This document shows, piece by piece, positions 52,305-64,000 of a stretch of DNA of 64,000 nucleotides. Location of the stretch: contig OX597816.1 in the NCBI GenBank assembly GCA_951406725.2, positions 49,228,001 through 49,292,000 of the forward strand. The letters are read 5' to 3'. This DNA is from Octopus vulgaris (lineage: Eukaryota). The position numbers and the translations under genes were made by a program. The notes under the pieces are model-generated. The model was not told the origin of the DNA. It ran no database searches and saw nothing but the letters and a program-made list of their open reading frames with translations. Positions within the stretch are counted from its first letter, which is position 1. Every line of letters begins with the position of its first letter.

Positions 52305-52559
52305 TGTTGTGTCTGGGTCTGGGGTGAGTCATTCTCTTTCAGTGTCTCTTATAATTTAATACACCGGTAAAATTGCCACTCATTTTCTTCTTTAGTTTTC
52401 TAAACTTTTCCCTGTGTCTTGCAACCTTTTCAACAACTATCGAAAATGTTTCAACGCAACGAAAATTTTAGAAAAATGAAGGAAACGAGTGGAAATTTTA
52501 CGGGTGAGTACGTTAAATTATGAAGCACTAAAACAGAATGACTCTCCCCAGACACAACA
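52305..52559. repeat. Old imperfect palindrome, probably inverted PLE 3' ends
   Basis: tgttgtgtctgggg..gagtcattct...accggtaaaatt..cactc... mirrored by ...gagtggaaattttacgggt...agaatgactctccccagacacaaca; the centre gives an HHR-like consensus TTGAAAA g GTTGC aagac GCAAC GAAA. Confidence 0.75.
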
Positions 52560-52607
52560 GAATATGCTTCACCACACCAACTCACAAAGAATCTTGCAAA
52601 GGAAACG

Positions 52608-52668
<61 letters not shown>

Positions 52669-55147
52669 CATATATATATATATTTACATATATATATACT
52701 TTTACACTGGAACATTTGTACGATTATATGTATTTTCCTACCCACACTATCACAGAATAATCGTACTCTTTTTCATCCGTAAGTACTAATTTCTATATAT
52801 CGAATATATATATATATATATACATCAGCTTTTCATTGTCCAATGTATCGTCCTGTACATAGAACGCAAATGATTCCAGGGATTTGGCTGCTAGTTTTCG
52901 CAGACTGAGAAACCACATAAAGGTTATATCTTTCGCCCGAATAAAATCATATACATATTACTAGTATATATGAAGATAATTCCTTGGAAATGAGAATGTC
53001 GAACCAATATACCAATATTTGTCTTTTTATTTATTCTAAGACACTAACAAGTTTAATGTATTTCTGTCTGATGTATTTAAAAAATATTTCTTCAGTCTAA
53101 ATTACCACAAAGTAACTATCTTTTAATAAGCTAATAATATTCAGTTCAATCAAAATTGTGTAACTATATATTCACTCAAGAATATCATTTGCGTATCTTT
53201 ATGTATGCGTAAATATGTAAATTTTGTACGTCTGTGGAAACAAACGTGTATTTCAATACATCTGTCAACTTTCTGAATATAACACATGTTTATATCCTCC
53301 TTTCCTTATGAGATACTCTGAATATATTTGATAAATATAACATCGACAATCTATGCAGACAACTATTTATATCTCATATTTTTATTTATATTCTGGTAAA
53401 TAAAATAACGAAAATAGAAAATACAAAAAAAGAACTGTTAATGAACCTAAACCATATATAATTCATATCTATCTCGACAAAAAGTGATATCAATCTCTAG
53501 TTTTCGATCTTTATTTCTTCATTGAAGACCGTGAACTATTCTTGTTAGTCAGTCTTCATAAAGTGAAATCGCAAAGAGCAGGTACCTATTATCGTTGCCT
53601 ATTAACATTGACAGTTCACATTAGTGGTTAGGTTATTTCTGAACTAGTCTGTGACAAGAGGTCAGCCCATGTCATAAGATCACTGAAGAAAAATCAAAGA
53701 CCAATTCTTTTTTTTCCGATAGCATCATTCAAACTGATGTCCGAAACCATTTTTACACTGGAACATTTGTACGATTATATGTATTTTCCTACCTACACTA
53801 TCAGAGAATCATTGTACTCTTTCTCATCCGTAAGTACTAATTTCTATATATCGAATTTCTACAGTAACACATATATAAGTATGAATTCTAATGCTAGAAA
53901 TGGGATTATTATACAATACTAAAGCAGTTATTTGGTGACTTTCTCGTACTACTATAACACTGAGATTTTATAAAAAAAAGACAAACTTCCGAGAGCGAAG
54001 AAAAAGCAAAATGCTTGAATGCCTCTATAACTGCCTTGCACTAATAGTTCAAATCATACCTTTCCCATAAAGACCAATATTGTATGTTTTGAACCAGATC
54101 AATTAACTCAACAGTAATTTTGTTTTTCTGACCCTAATTCAATGTAACAACTGTCTTTTACTTCTATCATGTTATGTAACCCGCGATATTACTACAAGTG
54201 GAATTCTACAGATAAACAGAATCTGTAGAGCGAGGGGCAAATTATCTTGAGATATGTAGTTGCATCCATTTATTTTTTTATAGTTCAAAATACATCAAGA
54301 CCAAAAGAGCCTCACTGAGTAACGTACACGTGGCATTGCGTTTATATAAATGCGTGATATTAGTAGTATCACCTCTGCTTTACCCTTCCAGTAAAAGGAT
54401 ATTCGTCGGTTTCACTGAAGGAGATTACCTGATCATTGAATTAGCGAGCTGAGTATTCGACAGCCACGTGCGCGATTAAATGTAAATTTTAGGAGGAATC
54501 AGTGCGACACAGTTTGTGACAAGGTTGTATTTTAAAGTATGGACATAATTCATCGAACATGCTCCTGCACACTTTCCATCATCCACATTTCACTCATAGG
54601 CTTAAATTCACCAAATACATAAGTAAAGGATTCTTACCATAGTTGTGCTGTGGGATGGAACTAGAAATCAAATGATTATAAAGAAATCTCTCATTCGACG
54701 CTGCTGCATCGAATTGCTCATTTAAACTCTTGATTTATTAGTATTATTACTAAACAGAACAATCTTCTCCTCCAATTTCATTCTGGCAGTGATTAGTTGT
54801 GAATGCATCGGCTAGTTTGCATCCGTTGATATTTCTAAATTTAGTAATACGGCTTTTATACTTACCGACTTAGTATATAACTCCATTACATTTAGAACAC
54901 AGGCGCCGTAAAGGAGATATATTTGAAGCAGCTGTAATTGTCTATCTACAATGTAGGAAATTTCTGCTTAACCAGGTGGAATGATCCCAAACCAATGTAA
55001 TCACATAGTCATCGTCTGTATTCTTAAAATGTAACCATAATCTAACAAAAAGTTTGTTTATTTATTTAGTTTACAACCAACAGTGAGTTACCACATGCTC
55101 GTGTTATACAGGAGTTCGTTCTTAATCACGTGCTTTCACTTTCGATA

Positions 55148-55376
55148 GGCGAGCTGGCAGAAACGTTAGCACGCCGGGCGAAATTCCTAGCGGTATTTCG
55201 TCTGCCGCTACGTTTTGAGTTCAAATTCCGCCGAGGTCGACTTTGCCTTTCATCCTTTCGGGGTCGATAAATTAAGTACCAGTTACGCACTGGGCTCGAT
55301 ATAATCGACTTAATCCGTTTGTCTGTCCTTGTTTGTCCTCTCTGTGTTTAGCTCCTTGTGGGTAGTAAAGAAATAG
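55148..55376 (+). mobile_element. Family A SINE, near-consensus
   Basis: ggcgagctggcagaaacgttagcacgccgggcgaaa...gagttcaaattcc...gcctttcatcctttcggggtcgataaattaagtaccag...ttagctccttgtgggtagtaaagaaata. Confidence 0.9.
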
Positions 55377-55667
55377 ATATCACTGCATAGCATTTGGGTA
55401 CATTGTTCTTTACCGTTATATTCTGTCAACTCAAGCTTTGTGAAAGAAAGTAGGTAGACATTAATTGCACACAATATCGTTACGATGGACTGTTACCGGT
55501 AATCGTTGCTATTTTCTCCATTTCACCTATTGTCATTGATTCCTTGCAGAGTTCAAGGGCACCGCCCTACATCATTAAATGCGGAAAACATTTGCTCCTA
55601 GCATATCTTATCCGAAGTTTCCCATTTACATTTCCTCTTCAAAATACAGTTTCGATATATTGTCAGC

Positions 55668-56163
55668 TTTACTCTTTTACTCTTTTGCTTGTTTCAGTCA
55701 TTTGACTGTCGCCATGCTGGAGCACCGCCTTTAGTAGAGCAATTCGACACCAGGACTTATTCTTTGTAAGCCTAGTACTTATTTTATTGGCCTCTTTTGC
55801 CGAACCGCTAGCTTACGAGGACGTAAACATACCAGCATCGGTTGTCAAGCGAAGGTAGGGGACAAACACAGATACACAAACACACACACACACGCATATA
55901 TATATGTATGCGACGGGCTTCTTTCAGTTTCCGTCTACCAAATCCACTCACAAGGCTTTGGTCGGCCCGAGGCTATAGTAGAAGACACTTGCCCAAGGTG
56001 CCACGCAGTGGGACTTAACTCGGAACCATGTGGTTGGTAAGCAAGCTTTGGTCGGCCCGAGGCTATAGTACAAGACACTTGCCCAAGGTGCCATGCAGTG
56101 GGACTGAACCCGGAACCATGTGGTTGATAAGCAAGCTACTTACCACACAGCCCCTCCTACGCC
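55668..56163 (-). mobile_element. Family B SINE with duplicated head segment
   Basis: Full minus-strand copy; ~90-bp head block present twice as two different variants. Confidence 0.9.
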
Positions 56164-57074
56164 TGTTCTCTGATAATTTGTTTACATATTGTATCTGATC
56201 GCCGGGCACAATCATATTTATGAGGTTATGTTTATATGAACTCCAAATTAATTAATTAAATATCTGTTAATTACGCAGTTGCCCTTGATGATTTCCGACA
56301 ACTTTTTATGCTCTATATTCATAACCAGAATAGTGACGTTCGGTTTAATTTGTCCCGAGAGCGGGCGTGATAAGGTGATATTCTTGTTTCTTTTGTAATA
56401 TTTTACTTTATATTTTTCAAATTCTCGTTGCTGTTGCTGACGGCGACGTTAGCGTTTTGGTTATCCTCAATGTTATTGTTGATAGTACATTATTTTGTAA
56501 TGTTTCTTCGACTGTGTATATATTTTACGGGATTATGATATTAATATGTATTTACTAACTACAGTGTTATTCGCTTTTAAAAAGGCTACTGTTTCCATTT
56601 CGCTGAAGAGTAACTACCATCTCTGTAGGAAATATTACCCACTGTTATCAGTGTATAACAATATTTAATACTTAATTCTGCCAAGACAGCAGTAGCAAAT
56701 ATCAGTTCGTACATAGAAAAACAATTCTTTCCTTAAAATGGAAAAAAGTTACAATAATTAATAACAGTTAATACATTCCATTCCTTTACATAATGGCAAT
56801 AAAGCACAGACATATCTCATTTTCGTTCGAAAAACAATTAGCAAATCTAAAAAAATCGACTGTATCATATATCTTAATACGATAACTTCCTAGAGCAATA
56901 ATTAGTTTTGATATTATTAAAGAAATAATATTAATAGAAATGTACAGAAATTATTCAAATATAAATGAACGAAATTTAAAACAAAAACAAAAGCAAAAAT
57001 TAGGTTTGTAATTTATGTGAATTCGAGCTTCATTTTGCAGACGAAAACCCATTAAAGCGAGAGATGATACTGCT

Positions 57075-57505
<431 letters not shown>

Positions 57506-57765
57506 CAGTGGCAAAGCGAACTGAAAATCGAAGTGAAATAAACAAACCTAGCATTATTGAATTGTAAACAATTCAGTTTACGTATGTATCTGTTATCCAG
57601 TTTTTATAATCGGCATAAGTGGAAAATGATACAGTCATTTCTGAAAAAAATAAGTTGTCGGAAATCATCAAGGGCAACTGCGTAATTAACAGATATTTAA
57701 TTAATTAATTTTGGGTTCATATAAACATAACCTGATACAATATGTAAACAAATTATCAGAGAACA

Positions 57766-58275
<510 letters not shown>

Positions 58276-58799
58276 ATCATCATGAAACCAATAGCAAATA
58301 ATCCTAACAAAACAGCAGCAATGAAAGCGCATAACCTATAGCTGTGCATTATATGCTTGAACAAGGAACTTCATATCACTTAATGCAGTTTACTGATCTT
58401 AACCTGAGTACCAGCAGCAGATGATTGTGGTAAGCGTGTGACAAATTTGTGTCATATTTGAGGTCATTTGTACTCTCAATCGTTTCACGTCAAAATGAAA
58501 CCATAATAACCTTTTTCCCAGTGCGCAACTGAAAGTAGATCCGAAGTACATTTTTAACCTGTTAACAATCAGCATTAAGGTTAATAAGGGTGGTGTATTT
58601 TTCGTCCAATATGGAAATTTTAAAAAATTGATCCGCCTTGAATTCGGCATCTCCAAAACCGAAATATATTTACAGCTATCAGCGACAATGATGGCTTTCA
58701 AAATTTACCCATCTTAAAATTAAAACAGAATAGGACTGAAGAGGTAAAAGTAAAAATAACTTTTTACTTCTGCATGCGTATGATCGTATATGAAATGTC

Positions 58800-60500
58800 T
58801 CACTTCAAACCAACAAATATATCTATCCCAGTCCCAAGACATATCATGGAAACAAAGGTAAATAAATATATACTAACTTTCAAATCTGAAGCAGAACCAA
58901 ATTTAAGGAAAACAGAAGAATTCTTGAGAATGAGATGAAGAACGAATGAATCAACACGGGGGAATTAATTAAATCAAAAAATATAGTAACTGAAAAATAA
59001 GTGGTCATAACAACACAAGACCAGTCACTAAAGAATAATGAAAAAAATAAAAGTAAAGGTACGAAGATAAAATCTCAAAAATTCGCACTGACAGTGGCGT
59101 TTAATAAATACAGAGTTGGAGACACCTAATCATCGCACTGGGAGAAAAAAGTCTTAACCGTCAAGATTATAGAAACAGCTAACTCTAAAACACATCTTGC
59201 TTTCTTACAACTTCTAAAACCTTAAATGCATTGTTAGTGAGAATGAATCTGGAGAAAATACATAGCCTTGCTTAAATGAAGAGGAACTTTGTTACACAGG
59301 CTCTTGGGCTTGCAAAGTGCAATCGCTTCTCAATAAAACTATAACGGACTGTTGAAAGATAAAGAGTTTCACTATAATAAAGAAACGATTACAAACATGT
59401 TTTATAGTACCCCGTACTCGTGTGTCCTGGAATAATTAATGATAATAATCATAAATAGATGTATTAAAAAAAACATCATGAATGACAAACAATTTTAAGG
59501 ATACAGAGAAATGAATTAATTATAATCTCTAAAAGAACCCTATACAATTTCCATTTGGCATTTAGGTAGTTGATGAACTATTAACCAAATTATACTTAAA
59601 TGTAGCTGCTATGGCAAGACAGTCAACAACCTTTTCTATATGGGTGATATCAAACTGATAACGATTAGAAACACTGTTCCAGACAGTTAACACACCATTG
59701 ATGCGCTAGACGATTTAGTTTAAGATTCGGATTAGAAAAATTCGATAAAGATACACTGATGACAGAAAAATTGAGTAAATACATTAATAACATACTAGAT
59801 AAAATAAGAGTGATAAGAAAAATAGATTAAACACTGACATAAAAATACTTAGGAATCTATCAGCTAGACAGTATACCATAAAAACAAATAAAAGATGAGA
59901 AAAGTATATTGTAGATGCATAAGATAACTGCTTAAGACTGAACTAAATGAAAAATAAATAAATGAGGTCATAGGCGTCCATTTTCTTGCAATACCAGTAA
60001 TAATATGTAGTTGTAATATTCTTAGTTTGACATAAAACGAACTAGACAAGGAAGATTAGAGAGAAATAAAAATAGAAAACAAGAGAGTAACAATTGAACT
60101 TAGAATAAAAAACAAACTTTTGGTATAACACAAGTACACGTAATGAGGGGCCAAATGCTAAATCAAATGCGTTGCAAAATATCTGCTGCAATATTACCAA
60201 GATTACCACAAAAATATGATGAGAACCGTATGCAGATAACTAAAGTTACTTAGAAAACTAAGATGAAGTATAAGACTATTCAACTCTGAGAAGTTAAATA
60301 TTCGGCAAAATATATAAAATCTGACAGTGATTTATGAGGAGAAAGAATAGACAAAAATAGGAAAAGCAAAACAACCAAAAAACTGTTAATAAGTTAAAAA
60401 TTAAGTCAATCGTTGGGTTATTATGTGCCATGATAAAGTCATGACGAAGCGTCTCTAAATGTCAGACACCCGAAAAACAATAGAAAAACAAAAACGGAAG
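58800..60500 (+). mobile_element. Highly decayed R4/Dong-like LINE reverse transcriptase region
   Basis: Remnants CLNEEELCYTGSWACKVQSLLNK (EQKGC..GS.GCKDQLLINK), NDYKHVFYSTPYS (DYKKAFDSVPHSW), VNNLFYMGDIKL (HLFYMDDLKL), LRFGLEK, CHDKV; boundaries approximate. Confidence 0.65.
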
Positions 60501-61905
60501 AGTGTGGATGTTGACAAAATAAAATCGCAACACAAGATGACAAATGCAAGATGCTAAACATAGGGTGAAGTATTTTATATTTCCATATAAGAGAAGAGTT
60601 TCCTTTCATGATTAAAATATTATTAGAATAATTAACTTTAGATTATGCTGAGATTGGGAAGGCTGTTAATTCTTACACTGAGTTTGGGAATAATTGCTTG
60701 TGGTCTTTCAAATCAGCATCTTTCTGGTATCAATTTAAAGAAGAGAACGACTCTAGAAAAATGGAAAATTGGCCCCGGCAAGGTTTGAAATCCGTGCTTA
60801 AATGAAGGCTACACAAAACGGTAAGTTATTGTGTCTGTTACTTTACTAATTTCGCTAACCCAGTGTACTATGTTTCACAGCATCCAAGACCTTCGAAAAC
60901 CTTAATAATGATAATTCTTAATATTGGCACGGTGACAAAATGTTCTGAAGGATGGATGAGTCAATTATATCGGCTCATGTAATTTTCTGGTACTTATTGT
61001 CATCTAGTTCAAAGAAAGAAAAAAATAATGCAAAAATGCAACGAAAAATTCAAATCAAATCAAAAAACGAAGATAAAAATTAACATTGCCACACGCTAAT
61101 TTTGACGAGAAAAGAGTAACAGCACGTAACCAATAGCTCCGATACATTTTCGTCCATCTTCCTATTGATCCTGTTAATCTACAGAATACTGATTTCCAGC
61201 CACCATCGTCGATAATGATACTGATAAAGATAATAATACACATATATTTCAAAAAATTCACAGCGGTCATAGATAGGTTTTCGTGGACAATATAAAACGA
61301 ATGAATTTACAATGTAAGGCGTTGTTATTGCAAAAAAAGAATAACATAACAAAATAAATATATTTATCATCAATATTTAGCATAGATTTCTGTAGACCTC
61401 TATAGAGATCAAATTCTTTAGTTTTTATTAGCCAACAACGTCAAGGCCATTAGGGAGTACCATCGCCTTGAATTTGATAGTATAATTGTTATATTTACGG
61501 TAAAAACATTTATTAAAAAAGTAAACATTTGGCACATTTACAAAAATATATTTGGATTACATGCTATAAGTAACGTTTCTTAAAAAAAAAACATCCCTCT
61601 CAAGTTTCAAACGTTTAAGTGTTTTATGAAGAGGTTAAATATATAATGTAATAATGCATAGCAACAAACGCGTGAAGTGCTATAAATATGTGTGCTTATA
61701 TGTGTGTATATTAACACACTCATACACACATGCACACACACACATATATATTCACATATGTATGTACTATTATATGCACAGATATAAGCATATAACACAC
61801 ACATATATGTATATATTTGTAAATGCCTTTATATTTATTTGTGTTACACAAATCTATAGAAATGCGGGTATATATATGCATGCAAATGCATTCTTAATAG
61901 ATACA

Positions 61906-61966
<61 letters not shown>

Positions 61967-63632
61967 GTGTGTGTGTGTGTGTGTGTATGTGTGTGTGTGC
62001 ATGTGTGCGCGTGTGTGTATGTATGTATGCATGCGTGTATGTAGGTATGTATGTATGTATGTATGTATGCATGCATGCATGTATGTATGTATGTATGTAT
62101 GTATGTATGTATGTATGTATGTATGTGAGCGTGTTTGCACATATATAAATCTGTGATTTTACGCTGTCGTTACTTGTTCATTAACTATGAGAGGTCTGTG
62201 TTCCATGAAAAACGAAACCGATTTTGGAACTTAGCCCAAAAATATTTTACGGAAATATATTTATCTAGCACTCCTTACTGGATCTCTCAACGTGTAAGGA
62301 ATAATAAAGAATGAAGACTGCCAGTGGCACGCAATTAAACATTTCAACGCTCTCTGTAATTTTATTTCTATTTTTAACATTTATTGTGTATGAAGTTATA
62401 TTACACATCATGAACGCACAAACATACAAATATATACATACATGCCTACGATATTTTGTTTAAGGCCATTTATTGTAGCTATCATAAATTCTTTTCCTAA
62501 TCGTCTTTAAAGTCAATAAACTTATATAAACTTTTGGAATGCTATCATATATTGAAACGTAGGAAAAAGGAATTAAATTTAATAATTTGTAACAGGTTTT
62601 TAGGATCGTGAAAGAAGGAAGAGTTATAGAAGTTTACAGAGTGTGTCCGAAGAACGGAGAAACGATACGTCTCAAGCGATTGAGACCTATGCTTTCTCTG
62701 AAAACCCAAAAGGTAAAAGAACCAATGGTGTTGCGATGCAAAACGAGATTATTTTGGTAGTGGAGTGGAGAAGGCCAAAGTTCCACATAAGTTGTGCTGC
62801 CAAACATCTAATGACATTTTACTCGCAGCAGTTGATATTCAGGACGCAAACAGAACATCAGTAATATCATAAAACCACGAGAGCAGCAATAGCAACAACT
62901 GCAATATTAAAACTCAAACAGCCATTGCAGCAAGAAATGTGGCAACAAATGTAACAGCAACAACAAATGTTGTACTCACATCAGCATCACTAACTGTCAT
63001 AAAGAACACAAAGAAAAGATCCCATGATCATAACAACAACAACGTAAAATATCTAGTTCAGTGTCTAAGTATTACTGAGTTTCAGAGTTCAACTATTGTC
63101 ATATGCAGGAAGGACAGATCCGACTATCACATTGTATCAGAGTGAAGATAATATCTGCCTACTTTCTTTAGGTTAAAGGGGTAGACACTTTTCGTATGCG
63201 TGAAAATCTCTAAAAAATTTGCATGTTAGACGCAAAGTACTTAAGTGAGACAAGGTGAAGACAGAGGCGATGCCTCAATAAATTTGCTGAATGTTAGATG
63301 AGACGATGTATACTGTCTGAGAAAAAGGGTCTGCAACATCACTAATTTGAAGGCGAGAAAATGATAATTATGATGGAGAACTCTTCCCATATGATCAGAC
63401 TGATCCATGATGTGGGAGCGTCGATGATTGGTCTCCTAGGTAGAGCCTTCTCTCTTGCGAATACTCTTATATTTTAGTTATGTAGATGATTTTATTCATG
63501 TTATGCATATTTTCCATAAGTCCCTTCGGTTTATGAATTTCATTCTCTCCTTTTAACTGCGTCTTTTATGGGGCCTTCTAACAAGAAAAGAGCCGATATC
63601 ATTGTTATTATTATTATTCATAGTAATATGGT

Positions 63633-63907
63633 GAGGCGGTGACATAGATTCGTTAGAAATTCAAGTAAGATGCTCAGCAATATTTCGGCCGTCTTCACGT
63701 TCAAATTCTGCTGAGGTAGAATTTACCTTTCATCTGTTCGGCATCGATAACACGAGTACCAGTTGCTTACTGGGTCGATTACATCGACTTACCCCCTCCC
63801 ATAAAACTGATGGTAAATTCGACTTCCGCGGAATTTGAACTCAGACGGGAGAAATACCTCAAAGCATTTCGTCCGGTGCACTAACGATTCTTCCTGCTCA
63901 CCGCCTT
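63633..63907. mobile_element. Two family A SINEs in opposite orientation
   Basis: Plus copy from gaggcggtgacatagattcgttag; minus copy ending ctaacgattcttcctgctcaccgcctta. Confidence 0.75.
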
Positions 63908-63909
63908 AG

Positions 63910-63937
63910 TACTACAACAACAACTACAACAACAACA

Positions 63938-64000
<63 letters not shown>
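63910..64000 (+). repeat. (ACT)n/(ACA)n microsatellite
   Basis: Direct reading. Confidence 0.95.

Noticed and set aside
58399-58701. 100-aa minus ORF
   Set aside because: Non-ATG start and no domain; not supported as coding.

Overview
AT-rich eukaryotic, repeat-dominated window with no host protein-coding gene that I can support. The SINE families and extreme (TA)n/(AAT)n/(TATG)n load suggest an Octopus/coleoid cephalopod genome (recognition, not a database search). Almost all listed ORFs are microsatellite artefacts. The real content is decayed mobile DNA: a CR1-group LINE (16.4-19.8 kb), RTE, Tx1 and R4/Dong-like LINE remnants, mariner/maT/rosa transposons, two non-autonomous Helitrons, at least four tRNA-derived SINE families and many Penelope-like element (PLE) pieces. 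The structure these labels do not explain is a hammerhead ribozyme (HHR)/Penelope system, with more than a dozen minimal type-I HHR motifs, several with non-canonical cores. The main candidate is a Pol III tRNA-headed SINE with an HHR-bearing tail, inserted with Penelope hallmarks (inverted 5' copy of the 3' end, extra tail, 13-bp TSD) at 36555-37097. Also notable: a young Naiad-type PLE with ~830-bp inverted arms whose only premature in-frame stop is a UGA at the GIY position (possible selenocysteine), and several short local templated insertions inside microsatellites. Coordinates were read by eye; the ends of degenerate elements are approximate.
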